Assembly (NCBI GenBank): GCA_964016885.1 | Contig: CAXHJY010001389.1 | Location: forward strand, 113,372 to 177,371 | From: Eledone cirrhosa | Lineage: Eukaryota | Length of the DNA: 64,000 nt | Reading direction: 5' to 3' | Part shown: one piece after another, positions 28,601-42,011 of the stretch | Numbering within the stretch: the stretch's first letter is position 1 | How the letters are laid out: every line of letters starts with the position of its first letter | The notes under the pieces: generated by a model | Told to the model about the DNA's origin: nothing | The model's input: the letters and a program-made list of their open reading frames with translations, nothing else | The model's database searches: none | Program-made: the position numbers and the translations under genes

Positions 28601-30554
28601 GCCTCTCTCTACTGTCCAGTGTACATCTGTAGCCTATCTCTACTGTCCAGTGTACATCTGTAACCTCTCTCTACTGTCCAGTGTACATCTGTAGCCTATC
28701 TCTACTGTCCAGTGTACATCTGTAGCTTCTCTCTACTGTCCAGTGTACATCTGTAGCATTTCTCTACTGTCCAGTGTACATCTGTAGCCTATCTCTACTG
28801 TCCAGTGTACATCTGTAGCCTATCTTTACTGTCCAGTGTACATCTGTAGCTTCTCTCTACTGTCCAGTGTACGTCTGTAGCCTATCTCTACTGTACAGTG
28901 TACATCTGTAGCCTATCTTTACTGTCCAGTGTACATCTGTAGCTTCTCTCTACAGTCCAGTGTACATCTGTAGCCTATCTCTACTGTCCAGTGTACATCT
29001 GTAGCCTGTCTCTACTGTCCAGTGTACATCTGTAGCCTTCCAGTGTACATCTGTAGCCTATCTCTACTGTCCAGTGTACATCTGTAGCCTATCTTTACCG
29101 TCCAGTGTACATCTGTAGCCTATCTCTACTGTCCAGTGTACATCTGTAGCCTATCTTTACTGTCCAGTGTACATCTGTAGCCTATCTCTACTGTCCAGTG
29201 TACATCTGTAGCCTATCTCTACTGTCCAGTGTACATCTGTAGCCTATCTCTACTGTCTAGTGTACATCTGTAGCCTATCTTTACTGTCCAGTGTACATCT
29301 GTAGCCTCTCTCTACTGTCCAGTGTACATCTGTAGCCTATCTTTACTGTCCAGTGTACATCTGTAGCCTCTCTCTACTGTACAGTGTACATCTGTAGCCT
29401 ATCTTTACTGTCCAGTGTACATCTGTAGCCTCTCTCTACTGTCCAGTGTACATCTGTAGCCTATCTCTACTGTCTAGTGTACATCTGTTGCCTATTTCTA
29501 CTGTCCAGTGTACATCTGTAGCCTCTCTCTACTGTCCAGTGTACATCTGTAGCCTCTCTCTACTGTCCAGTGTACATCTGAACCAATCTCTATTGTCCAC
29601 TGTACATCTGTAGCCTCTCTCTACTGTCCAGTGTACATCTGTAGCCTATCTCTTCTGTCCAGTGTACAACTGTAGCATCTCTCTACTGTCCAGTGTACAT
29701 CTGTAGCCTATCTCTACTGTCCACTGTACATCTGTAGCCTCTCTCTATTGTCCAATGTACATCTGTAGCCTCTCTCTACTGTCCAGTGTACATCTGTAGC
29801 CTATCTCTACTGTCCAGTGTACATCTGTAACCTCTCTCTACTGTCCAGTGTACATCTGTAGCCTATCTCTACTGTCCAGTGTACATCTGTAGCTTCTCTC
29901 TACTGTCCAGTGTACATCTGTAGCATCTCTCTACTGTCCAGTGTACATCTGTAGCCTATCTCTACTGTCCAGTGTACATCTGTAGCCTATCTTTACTGTC
30001 CAGTGTACATCTGTAGCTTCTCTCTACTGTCCAGTGTACGTCTGTAGCCTATCTCTACTGTACAGTGTACATCTGTAGCCTATCTTTACTGTCCAGTGTA
30101 CATCTGTAGCTTCTCTCTACTGTCCAGTGTACATCTGTAGCCTATCTCTACTGTCCAGTGTACATCTGTAGCCTGTCTCTACTGTCCAGTGTACATCTGT
30201 AGCCTGTCTCTACTGTCCAGTGTACATCTGTAGCTTCTCTCTACTGACCAGTGTACATCTGTAGCCTCTCTCTACTGTCCAGTGTACATCTGTAGCCTAT
30301 CTCTACTGTCCAGTGTACATCTGTAGCCTTTCCATACTGTCAGTGTACATCTGTAGCCTCTCTCAACTGCCAAATGTACATCTGTAGCCTCTCTTTATTA
30401 TCCAGTCGACTTCTATAGCCTCACTTTACTGTCAGTGTACATCTGTAGTCTCTCTTTACTGTACAGTGTACATCTGTAGCCTCACTCTACTGTACAGTGT
30501 ACATCTGTAGCCTCTCTTTACTGTCTAGTGTACAACTGTAGCCTATCTCTACTG
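1643..30554. repeat. Satellite DNA, 31-bp monomer CTGTAGCCTATCTCTACTGTCCAGTGTACAT, roughly 930-940 copies
   Basis: Period of 31 read directly (agcct at 1681 and 1712). Recurrent 21-bp (ctgtagccttccagtgtacat) and 29-bp deletion variants. Monomers decay at the right edge (30330-30554). Confidence 0.99.
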
Positions 30555-31470
30555 GAATACTGACTGATTTACAGGTGTATCTATAGCTCAATGCAGTTAC
30601 ACAGAGTTATTATCCATCAATGGGTTACACAGAGTTATTATACATTAAGATTTAAAGCATTTTCAAATTGACAACTGTTTCTACCTTTAGAGAGTGACAG
30701 GTTTCATCAGAGTGTATTAAAACACTATTAATTCATATAGAAAATCATTAGGAACATCATATACATAAAATCACTTTAATGTTTTTCTGTGTGAATTAAT
30801 AGTAATAGTTTTAATAAACTCCTATGAAAGTTGTGGCTCTATACATCTAGAAACAGATGTCAGTTTAAAATTGCTTTAAATCTTTGGTGTCATTTAAATT
30901 TTAATGTATTTATTGTGGGTGATCCCATTATTAGGAGGATCAAGCCAGTTAGCTGTGTTGGGAGCTATATTGCTCATAGTGGAACCATGTCTTTGGTTGG
31001 GATTTCATGGCTGCTGCATGCCTTTCCTAAGCACATATTTTATATATATATATATACAATACACTTTACACATATATATACACACATATATAAAAGACAC
31101 ACACACACACGCACACACACAATGAAATACCAATGACGGTTGGCAAATCACTGATGAGGGACTAATTTTATAATATGTAATCCATGTGCAACCATGCAGT
31201 ATTCTTCTCCCCTTGTTTTTCATATATATATATATATATATACATACACTAGCTGTTGCCCGATATAGGTTTGTTATTTTTATTGATTTATTACTTTAAA
31301 TCGAGTCAGGCAAACCATATTGTTTTAAATCAGTATTTTTTCAACCTAGCTAACTTGGTCATTTACAATTAGAACACATGTATACTTGTATCAGTGTTCT
31401 TCCCTCTCATATATTCAATTGTATATATATATATATATATATATATACATACAATTGAATATATATATAT

Positions 31471-31856
31471 CATCATCATCATCATCATTTTACGTCCGCT
31501 TTTCCTTGCTTGCAAGGGTGGGACGGGAACTGATTCTGGCTTGATTTCTACAGCTGGATGCCCTTCCTAACACCAACCTCATCTACAGTGAGTGCTGGGT
31601 GCTTTTTTTCTGTGGCACCTCCACGACCACTTTACAGTGTGGGCTGGGTGCTTTTTTGCCATGGCATCTCCACGACCACTTTGCAGTGGAATGATAGGGA
31701 CCCCAATCCCATCATCTCATTTCTACAGCTGACTAAACTGGAGCAATGTGAAATAAAGTGTCTTGCTCAAGGAAACAACACATCACCCGGTCTGAGAATT
31801 GAACTCACAACCTTTTGAGTACAAGGCCAATGCTCTAACCATTAAGCCACGTGCCT
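31471..31856 (-). mobile_element. tRNA-derived SINE with CORE-like domain and RTE-type (ATG)n tail
   Basis: Minus strand has A-box TGGCTTAATGG, B-box GAGTTCAATTC, CORE-like CCTTGAGCAAGACACTTTA and tail ...GCGGACGTAAAATGATGATG. The tail is shared with the RTE fragment at 33.6 kb. Confidence 0.8.
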
Positions 31857-32316
31857 ATATATATGCCCATACATTACAAATCCATACATATAACATATAT
31901 AAAGATATATATACATATATATATCTATATATTATATTACATATATGCCCACATCTGCTCCATGCAGTTGTTTTTAATCAGTTACTGACTTCCTTCATGT
32001 GTTACCTTCACTAGGGTTTGTGGAGCCCACGTCTTCACCCTAACCATAACTTTACTTTACTTGGGGAAACAGCGGCCCCCAGAATAACAATCAACGTTGG
32101 CGGTGTTACAGGGGAGGTGAGTGAGTAAAGACAGAGAAGGAGAGGTTGAGGGGGTAGGAGAGGTGAGTGGGGGAAAGAGAGAGGTGGGGCAGTTAGCGTA
32201 GGTGAGTGAGTAAAGACAGAGAGGGAGGGGTTGGGGGAGGTGATGGGGAAAGAGAGGTGGAGATATTGTGGAAATGAGGAAGGATAGAAGGCAATGTCAG
32301 CTAAAACTACCAACTA

Positions 32317-33000
32317 GAAGGTAGGGGATAGGGGATGGGAAGGGGGTTTGTGGGGTCAGCCATGAAGGTAGGGGATAGGGGATGGGAAGCGGGTTTGTGG
32401 GGTCAGCCATGAAGATAGGGGATGGGAAGGTGGTTTGTGGGGTCAGCCATGAAGGTAGGGGATAGGGGATGGGAAGGGTGTTTGTGGGGTCAGCCATGAA
32501 GATAGGGGATGGGAAGGGGGTTTGTGGGGTCAGCCATGAAGATAGGGGATGGGAAGGGGGTTTGTGGGGTCAGCCATGAAGGTAGGGGATAGGGGATGAG
32601 AAGTGGGTTTGTGGGGTCAGCCATGAAGGTGGTGGATAGGGGATGGGAAGGGGGTTTGTTGGGTCAGCCATGAAGGTGGTGGATAGGGGATGGGAAGGGG
32701 GTTTAGGGGTCAGCCATGAAGGTGGTGGATAGGGCATGGGAAGGGGGTTTAGGGGTCAGCCATGAAGGTAGGGGATAGGGGATGAGAAGGGGGTTTGTGG
32801 GGTCAGCCATGAAGGTAGGGGATAGGGGATGGGAGGGTGGTTTGTGGGGTCAGCCATTAAGATGGTGGATAAGGGATGGGAAGGGTGTTTGTGGGGTCAG
32901 CTATGAAGGTGGTGGATAGGGGATGGGAAGGGGGTTTGTGGGGTCAGCCATGAAGGTAGGGGATAGGGGATGGGAAGGGGTTTTGTGGGGTCAGCCATGA
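32317..33000 (+). repeat. G-rich minisatellite, about 47-bp unit with shorter (about 39-40 bp) variants, about 15 copies
   Basis: GAAGGTAGGGGATAGGGGATGGGAAGGGGGTTTGTGGGGTCAGCCAT repeated; most units have 4-5 G-runs. Confidence 0.95.
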
Positions 33001-33578
33001 AATAAGCGAATAAGTCTCAGACGGAAAAAGAAATCAAATAAACATTGAGATGTTAAAATTATGGAAAGAAATTTTACTGACTGGAGTAATTAATTCAAAA
33101 TATAGGTAAAAATAATAAGTAAAGAAAAACGAAAAAGAAACTTATGTTTCCTTCATAGGTAGAAATAAGAAGATGTATCTTTCCTATCATGACTGGTCTT
33201 GAGAATAGCGGGCATTGCTCTAGGGTGGGCATGTGTGTGTCTGTGTAAACATTAAGCAAATAGGACTGTGAAACACTGAAATATCAATGTAGATATATCT
33301 AGAATAAATGTAAAGTAATCATTAAATGTCCTTATATGTAAATAATACATTCTGGAAACAAAACCAACAATAAACACTCACTCTAAATACCAGTATGGGG
33401 GAGACAGACTTTTTCGAGCTGCATCTGTCATATTATGCAGTTTCTGTGTAAGAATAAACAAGAAACAATATCTATTGTCATCTGCAGGGAGCAAATAGAC
33501 CCAAGGGACGAACAGATAATTTTATTGAAAAATACTGGAGTGCCGTCCCACCTAACAAACCAAAATAAACAATATATG

Positions 33579-34000
33579 TCATCATCATCATCATCATCAT
33601 CACCGTTTTACGTCCGTTCTTCCACGCTAGCATGGGTTAGACGGGTTGTCCTGTTGTGGGCAGTGTCTGGTCAGCTGACCATGCCTTGCTCATACAGGAA
33701 CTGATCTGGCTTGATTTCTACAGCTGGATGCCCTTCCTAACACCAACCTCATTTACAGTGAGTGCTGGGTGCTTTTTCGTGGCGCCTACACGTCCACTTT
33801 ACAGTGTGGGCTGGGTGCTTTTTTGCCGTGGCACCTCCACGACCACCTTGCGGTGGTGGTGGTGGGGGGGAGGCATATTGTTTATATGCTTCAGCATGTA
33901 CCCATGGGAGGTCGGGTACCCTGTATTACTGCGTGACGCCAGAAGTCACGGTCGTGTGTCATTGACTTTGAGAGGTGTAGTTGGGTAAGGTCGGCTTTTA
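33579..34000 (-). mobile_element. 5'-truncated RTE-clade LINE 3' end
   Basis: Minus strand translates to KADLTQLHLSKSMTHDRDFWRHAV (RTE C-terminal D-R-x-x-W-R motif), followed by a 3' UTR and a (TGA)n tail. Confidence 0.75.
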
Positions 34001-35696
34001 ATGTCTAAATATAAAATATTAAATAAAAAAATAACCTGAAATAATTCAAAAGTCCAATAAATTTATTTTCCATGTGCTTCTATTTTGGCTTACCTAAAAA
34101 TATATAAACTATTCTTTTGTAGGTGCCGCAGGCCTGAGTGGAATGTTCTCCTTGATAATTTCAGTTTTGTTAACTGTTCAGATGTCAGAGAGATATATTT
34201 CTGTTTGATAAACATCAATATCATTGATAAAAATACAAATTTATTATATACATCTTTATTATTTGCAATTACTTAAACTCCTTAGTTAATTATCATACAC
34301 ACATATGACTCTCATAGGATTACATATAACAAATTAACACTTCTTTAACTGCATCCTCATCAATTGATACATATTTTGACATGCTTCACTGTTAACTTAC
34401 CTTTTACAATTTTTCTAATGTTTAACAAGTTTAACCCTTCAGCATTTACATTCCTCTATAATAACTATTGTATTTTCATGGCAAAGGATTTATCTCACAT
34501 AATATAAATCTTCAAGATGTTGATATTATTTATATTGAGAACAATATCTTAACATAAGTATGAGCAACCAGTTATGGCTGGTTTGAACAGAAAGAAGTGA
34601 GAGAATACTGTCAGCATATGGCTGGTTTAAATGATAGAGGATTAAATATAGTTTCAACTAAAACTTATTTACTAATAGATATGAAATAATCTATAACTTA
34701 CTTGAAACATTTTCATCGATTGAATAAATAAATATTTACTACTAAAACGAGTTGAAGATCGAATTTTTACTTGCTTACATAGTATCAAGCTCTTATTCAT
34801 TAACTATAACAGGTAATTTAGAATTGAGAAAATGATTTCAGTTTTACTTTGTTCAAATTAATAAAGGTTTATATAAACACATATACAATATGTTTATATA
34901 TAATAAACATAAATATAGTCTCACTGTGAGTATTTTAAACTGTGATTATGTCACAGCTTCATCAGTATTCAGGTAAGAGCATGATATATGTATTTTAAGA
35001 TTCATGAATCCCTCATCAACAGATGCTTGTTTACTATGAGATACTTATACATAAACATACTATATATGTGACTATATACATCTTTAGTCTGACTTTATGC
35101 TGTATTAGTACTATTGCTAATTGGTTCAAATGGAAGGTGTTCATACTGCCATAGTATTTCATCAGGTATTATCTTCTCAGACCTGCTTATGGTCATTTAA
35201 CATCACTGTCTATATAATATTTATAATGTTCTAGATGATCCAATTTGGTGAATCTTTGAAGGAAGATCAATATCATTGATCTATATACAACATCTCTTTA
35301 GTTCGATCACTTAACAATTCTGAACAACAATTATTTTTTTGTTTTGTTTTACTCTCTTCTAATGTCTTATAAAATATTATAAATAAATAAAAAAATGTTA
35401 CAATATATACTAAACTCTTTATTCATTAATTCGTTGACTTCTTGATTTTATTTGTTGGAATTTTTGTCAGGTCTTGTAAATAAGGTACCATACAAAAAGG
35501 GTACCATACAAAACAAGGATATCCCTGAAAATGGCCTTTAGAAGCAAAATATTACAAATACAAATAAAAAACAACAAAAATATTTTTCTTTTCCAGCCTT
35601 TGCTAAATTTTCTTTCGTAGCTATCAGAGCAGCACACATGCCCCCCCCCCCACATATATGTATATATACATAGATAGATACATACATATATTGTCG

Positions 35697-36592
35697 AAAC
35701 TGCATGCGGTGGATGAAGTGTTGTATGTGTCTCACTAATTCTTTAGGATTGCACATGCGGGACACGTTCCTCATCAGTTTTACTAAATCCGTTGAATTTC
35801 ATGTTATCCGAAATGGCTGAGGTTTGGTGGATCAGGTATTTGGAGGTCATGGGTTTGGTATAATGAGAATGGAGTATTTGTGTTCTATTATTAATAGTTT
35901 CTAACCTGAGTTCTGTTTCTAGTACAGGTAATCTATGGTTAAGGTCTTTATTTGGGTAGTCTATAGTAACTTTAATACTCTGGTGGATGGAGTTAGCTAT
36001 TTGCTGGATACTTTCCATGGTGTTCTTCTCTAATTCCTGACGTCCTCCTGTGGGGGTGTTTTCTCTATGATCATTATGTCATCTACATAGCGGGAGTACA
36101 TAGTTAGGGTTATAAAATTCTCAACTAAGCGTTCCTTAAGTCTTCTGTCCCACCATATCATAAGGAGGTTAGCTATGTCATCTGCAGTGCTGACGCCAAT
36201 GGCTTCCTCCTCCTCTTGAGCATATGTTTTGCCATTAAACTTAAACATATGTTCCTTAAGGGTTAGTTTTATACTGGCCCCCACCGCATGAGCGATCGTT
36301 TTCTTTACTTCATTGTGGTATTCGGGGGTCTGTATGGTTCTGGTCCACCCGCTCTATCTTTCTGTGTGGGCCTTCTTAGCCATTCCGGTAATGGTAGGTG
36401 GTCTGCTGCTCTCTGGCCTTCTGAGGAAGAGGTTGCTAAGGTTTTGTGTGGTGTGTGTAAATAATCCTTATTGTGTGTACGTTTAAGTAGGAGTCCCAGC
36501 TAACTGGTATCAATCCCACTGAATTCCACATCGCTCTCACTCATCATTTTTACGCATTTTTCCACAACAAAATCAACTTCGATGGTATAGAA
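35697..36592 (-). pseudogene. Penelope-like RT fragment, older copy and target of the hAT insertion
   Basis: Frameshifted pieces ...AIGVSTADDIANLLM...YSRYVDDI...IANSIHQSIKVTIDYP...HFIHRMQF, homologous to the PLE at 43-45 kb. Confidence 0.9.
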
Positions 36593-37209
36593 CAAAGGTT
36601 CTCAAACCATTAAGGCCAAATGCCTCCTTTTGCCCCTCGAAATCACGAAACGCCCCCCCTACCTTTTTTTTTCTCAATTTTTCAATATACTACTGATTTT
36701 GATATCAGTAGATTACTAAAAAATTGATTAACATTATTCCAAAGATACCATTGCAGGCAGTTGAAAGTATAAATACATTCCTTGAAAGGAAGTATATAAA
36801 TTTCAAAAAAAGGAACATAAATGTTCTTTTTTATGAATAAGGACCAGTTGAATTTGTTATATTCCCACCAGACGATACCAACTATTTTGAACATTTATAC
36901 AAGAGCAACTCTGTCTATCCAAAGAGTGCTCTTATCTGGAGGAAGGTGGCAATTGTATTATTTCAAAGCTTTCCAATGTTCCCTTTAATGAAACGGACAG
37001 AATAAATGTTGATATCTTATTTGATGTCCCCCCCCGCTTTGTGTGCTTAGAGACCACGGAAGAGGATTTTCATGACCACGTAACAGGGTATATTCATTAG
37101 TAAACGGTAAAACATATACAACAAATGAGTAAGTGAATTGTGGTAGATGGTTTCCAGTCCAGTCAGACTGCAACTACAAATAAAAAAATCGACTTACTTT
37201 GACCTCGTA

Positions 37210-38760
37210 TCAATGGGACCCTTGAGCTTCATGGAGTTTAGCTAACTCTTTGACGTCAGGCTGGATTTTCGTGAGCTGTAGCCGGAGATCTCCACGTGCA
37301 ACCACATTGTAGCGGTTGCGAGACTTACTATGCAGTCTAGAAACAACGCCAAACCCCCTCTCGACTAAGTATGAGCTAGGAAAAGGCAAAGCAAATCTCT
37401 TAGCCTCTGCTTGTAGGAGTGGAAATCGACGCTGAATTTCCTCTTGCATCCAAAAAAAGGGGTTCAGCTATTTTGAAAAATTTTATTTTGATAATGTCAT
37501 CCGTCTGATGTTCAATTAATTCTTCCTGAAAGTTAACATCGAAATCGTCGACGTTAACTATGAAGGGATCTGCTATCCACATTGGGATGTCCATCTGCAA
37601 AAGGTCGACAAACCGTTCTCTCATGTTGTCTTGTAGTGCACGGAGGTGCGCGGTATAAATTTGGAGTTGGTCATCGCTTACAATGTTTTGAACATTGGCG
37701 ACACTAGGAAAATTATAGAATTCCCGTCGACAAAGATTCTTTTCGATGACTTTCAATTTGGCCAGGAATATTTTCACAGCATTCCTTGCTTTAAACAAGG
37801 TGATCTTCTCCCCCTGCAAAGCTATAATGAGGCTATTGCATTTGTCGAAGATGTCGGCGAGGTAGGCGCAGTCTTGCCTCACATCGAGGTTTTTTTATAC
37901 AGTTCTGTGTTGCGTCCTCGAAGAAATTCAATGATAGAGTCGAACAGTTCAAAGAAGCGAGTAAAGCACTTGCCCTTTGAAAGCCACCTCACTTCAGTAT
38001 GAAGGAACAACTCGACGAATTCTTCGTCATTATCTTCGCACAGATGCCGGAAAATTCGTTCATTGAGGGCATGGCGTTTGATATAATTGATGACATCAAT
38101 GGCTACCTGCAAAGACTTGCTCAGCGGCTCGCTGAGTTTCTTCGCAAGTGTTGTCGATGAATGACACGATGAAGAGCAAATACAGATGGATTTTTCCCTC
38201 TTCAGAAGAGAGACGAAACCCTTATGTTGGCCGACCATTGATCTTGCGCCGCCCGTAGCACATGATACAATATTGTTAAGAGGTATCTCTTTTTCTTCGA
38301 GGTATCCCTTGACAGATTCAAAGATGGTGGCACCTTTAGTATCTGTGGTTAGATTCAGAGTGAAGAGAAGCTCCTCATGCATTTCGTTTTGGTGGAAAAA
38401 TCGCACGTATCCCAGTAGTAAGGACTGATTCCCGGAAAGTGTGCTTTCATCAAATTGCAAAGCCAATTGTGTCGATTTCAAGATGTTGCATAATTGTTGT
38501 TCAACATTTTCCGCCATTTCGTCGCTGCGTCTCCTTATTGAGTCGTTACTCAACGGAATACATTTCAAGGTCTTTAACGGGTTTTGATGTAGTACTGTTG
38601 AAAGATCTTCTGAGATGACAGGGGCTACCAATGTTTCACCCAAGGACTCCTTGCAAAGTAAACACATGGGTGACAGGTGGTTCGACGGCGATGGGATGAA
38701 TCCGAACCGTAAGTAATCAATGCTGTACTGCCTGCATTTTTTCTTCATTGCTGAGGCCAT
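37210..38760 (-). pseudogene. Buster/Charlie hAT transposase (ZBED5/FAM200/SCAND3-like), frameshifted
   Basis: KKCRQYSIDYLRFGF...PMCLLC (truncated BED finger), LQFDEST, CATGGA (the usual TDGA aspartate is lost), HTEVRWLSKG, FPSSYLVERGF. Split over three ORFs. Confidence 0.92.
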
Positions 38761-39498
38761 TTTCTGTTTATCGAATGTGTTTGGTAAAGTTACGCAAAGA
38801 TTTGCCTATATAAGCCTATAAACTTATGTATAAGGAACTTACTATAATGAGTCCTATTCCAGTATGATAAAGTTTTAAGTAATGTTCTGGGATAACACTT
38901 TGTAATAAACAAAACTGCAATGAAAAACACAAATACTGTCATTAATTAACCAAGTCGAGACAAGTTATATATGAAGATTAACCAGTCTTTTATGTAGGAA
39001 TAGTAATAACTTAGCTTGAGGGAATTAAGGTGGCAGACTCAATAAAGGATCAACGAGGCAACGAGTTCAAGAGAACTTAATGCAAGAATGACTAGTAATG
39101 TGTTATTTTGAAATGGAATTCATCAATTAGGCACGTAGTGATAAGACGCGATAATACTAAGTTAAGACATTACTTATTAGTCAGAGTTACTCAAATTATC
39201 GCCCTTACCTTAATGCATCACTGTGATATTCTTGTAATGGTGCTGCAATTATAATGGATGATTGTTGAAGACTACAAAAGCATTTCCTTAAACCCAAGGC
39301 TATAACAAGACTTGATTGTAGTATAAACAGTCAGTTTATATAGGAATAGCAACAACCTAGTTATAGAATAAATGATGTGGAAATGCAATGAAGATAAGAT
39401 GGGGTCAAGCAAACCGAATGTTAGTAAGAATGAGCTGAAGTATCAAGGTCAAGCTGATCACGGTGATGAACGGGTCAGTGAATAATGTTGCTCTTTTC

Positions 39499-40210
39499 CA
39501 GGGACCTCGTTTGCCTTAAAAATGTGAGGGGGACAAACCAACATTTGTTGGAGCATTTTAGTATTACTTATGGTATCTTTCCTGAACCCTATCACATAAG
39601 TAAACATTTCTTTACGCTAATTAAATTTTATATATTCAAATGAAGTTCAGATATAAAAAAAAAATAAGCTTAAAAAGTATTTATTATATCAAATAAACAA
39701 AAAATAAAACATAGACGTTTGAATAAAAATCATATAAAGTAAATTTATTGTCTTTTAGAACTTTCCAAATGTATCATATCTCGCATCAATGCTGTCAATA
39801 AATAATTTAGCAACTTCTTCACAACTAATCTTTTTCAAAACATCTTTATGAACGTCTCATATTAGAATATGATTCAACCTTTGCTGAGACATGGTCGATC
39901 GCAACCAAGTTTTGAGTCTCTGCAGAGTGTTCAAAGATCTTTCAGCTTCACAAGAACTGGTTGGAAACATTAAAAGTAGCCTGAGCAATCGCTCAACATT
40001 TCGAAACATGCGATGGACATCTGGTTGCATTTCACCGAATATTTTATGATGATTCTTGAGAGATGATCCACTATGATGATTTCTATAAAAAAAGTATTTC
40101 ATTCCTTAAAGAAAATTCATCAATCTCTGGATACTGCATGATCACTTCAGCACAAACATTTCCATTGAGTAAAATATTGCTCAGTTTTTCATAGTATGCT
40201 AAATCCTGTG
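39499..40210 (-). mobile_element. 3' fragment of a second hAT (Tip100/ZMYM1-like) with dimerisation domain
   Basis: ORF 39857-40102 reads LLRLLLMFPTSSCEAERSLNTLQRLKTWLRSTMSQQRLNH. Possible terminus CAGGGACCTCG at 39499; the other end was not found. Confidence 0.75.
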
Positions 40211-40466
40211 AAAAAAAAAAATCTTTCAAATTTGATATTGCAGTATATTATATATAGTACTGTAATTCTCGCTTTACATCACCACTTGTGTTTAGTTTTA
40301 GTTTTTGCATTGGACTATATTTGTAATATGGTTCAAAATGTTATTCCCTTCCTTAGCAATTTTTACTTGATAATATTTACTTGATAATTTTCCTATGCTT
40401 TAATGTATGTATACTCCATATTCTTCTGAGTTTTTGGCTTGTATTGGCCGATAGTGCTTCTTATAG

Positions 40467-40520
40467 CTTTACTTGCCCTGATGAGTCCTTAATAGGACGA
40501 AACATTGTTGGCTAATAAAG
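40467..40520 (+). ncRNA. Type-I hammerhead ribozyme (PLE pLTR remnant)
   Basis: ctttacttgcc-CTGATGA-GTCCT taat AGGAC-GAAA-CATTG-TT-ggctaataaag. Stem I pairs 9/11, stem II is 5 bp, and AATAAA overlaps the 3' arm. Confidence 0.85.
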
Positions 40521-40557
40521 ACTTTTGATGTATTGAAGGCTTCTTTGGTTTATTTTC

Positions 40558-40618
<61 letters not shown>

Positions 40619-40804
40619 AATATATATATTACACACACACACATATATATATTTATATATATTTACATATACGTATGTATATAGCCATGCATTTATACAT
40701 TTGTATATATACATGCATTTATATTTAAGTGTGTAAGGTTATATATATATATATAAATGAAGTAACAGGAGGCTGGACTGGTGTAAATCCTTGAAAGGTT
40801 TATT

Positions 40805-40862
40805 ATACTATGATCATTTCAATGACCGGGTTCCATATGAATTCGGTGATATCATCAGGTAT
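40805..40862 (-). ncRNA. Type-I hammerhead, family B
   Basis: Reverse-complement copy of 41762-41819. Confidence 0.8.
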
Positions 40863-41761
40863 TGGAATATAAAAAGGAATATGTAAAAAGCCATGGGTCC
40901 GAAAAACCATGAGTCCGAGAAACCAGAGACAGAGAGGGCGGCTGACCAACTAGCTTCACAGCCAGCCACCCTCAAAGTGTTGGCAACCGAAAACTACCAG
41001 TGAATATCTGGTAAGGGGGCGCGTTAATAAACCCCTAATGTGTGATTTAAAAGTATTCGTGGTATAGACGATGGCCTGTCGAAATTGTGGGGTTCCCGCT
41101 AGCGATCCCGGGGCCATTGTTAACTACGTTCCTAGAGTACTCGGAGAAATTAATTTCCATTTCTTTCGCTGGACGATACCACTCGAGACTGGCTGACTCA
41201 CGGTGGTGGGTGTGCTGGCTGGGACTCCCAATCGAAATCTTTACTCTATATCCCATCCTAATATCTTATCGAGTTAAACATTTTTTTCATACAAGACTCT
41301 CTCCGTAAGCTCGTTAAATAAATAAATCTCGCTACCTCTATTTTTCAATTTACCATTTTGCAATATAATATTTTTAATTTAATTTATTTCATCCTATAAC
41401 TGGCAACATAAGTTTAGCGTTCCAATCTTTGGTTCACACATTAGACCATACAGACACCCACTATAGATTCTTTGGGTAGCATTTTTTTTTTCGCGGCATT
41501 TTCTAACATGAATGTAGTTTGACCCTTACACTACACTTCTTTCTCCCTTTCTTTCCTCCCCCTCTTCTTTGACGGAGTGGTGGTAGTACATGATAGGCCT
41601 GCGCCCCCTTACCAGATATTCACTGGTAGTCTTCGGTTGCCAACACTTTGAGGGTGGCTGGCTGTGAAGCTAGTTGGTCAGCCGCTCACTCTGTCTCTGG
41701 TTTCTCGGACTCATGGCTTTTCGGACCCATGGCTTTTTACATATTCCTTTGTTATATTCCA

Positions 41762-41819
41762 ATACCTGATGATATCACCGGATTCATATGGAACCCGGTC
41801 ATTGAAATGATCATAGTAT
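41762..41819 (+). ncRNA. Type-I hammerhead, family B
   Basis: ATAC-CTGATGA-[tatcACCGGattcatatggaacCCGGTcatt]-GAAA-TGATCA-TA-GTAT. Palindromic stem-loop III (UGAUCA), AUA cleavage site, AATAAA follows. Confidence 0.82.
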
Positions 41820-42011
41820 AATAAACGTTTCAAGGATTTACACCAGTCCAGCCTCCTGTTATTTCATTTATAATTAACTCCGTATTCGCACCACCAACTA
41901 CACAAACGAAGATGGGTGAACTGCATTGCGTTGAGTACTCTTCACAATATTACACCAGGATTGACCATACGGAATGACCAGTTCTATCCAGTGGTGAACC
42001 AACAAACCTTA

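Noticed and set aside
1643-30554. CRISPR-like 31-bp repeats
   Set aside because: No unique spacers and no cas genes; this is a head-to-tail eukaryotic satellite.
30695-30720. Minus-strand CTGATGAAACCTGTC as a hammerhead lacking stem II
   Set aside because: The flanks do not pair to form stem I.
31145-31200. CTGATGAGGGACT as a hammerhead start
   Set aside because: No GAAA or stem I partner follows; at most a truncated remnant.
31249-31262. ACTAGCTGTTGCCCG as a Helitron-like terminus
   Set aside because: Only about 14 bp, with no hairpin or partner end.
31770-31856. tRNA gene
   Set aside because: A and B boxes are present but the sequence runs on into a SINE body, and I could not fold a complete cloverleaf.
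34928-35170. Three minus-strand (C/T)TGATGA motifs followed by hairpins
   Set aside because: GAAA is replaced (TAAAA, AAAA, GAAC) and stem I or III is missing. The one near 34985-35025 could be a decayed hammerhead but cannot be supported.
37210-38760. Domesticated ZBED5/FAM200 host gene
   Set aside because: It has frameshifts, an internal deletion and a lost catalytic Asp, and the TIRs and TSD are still present.
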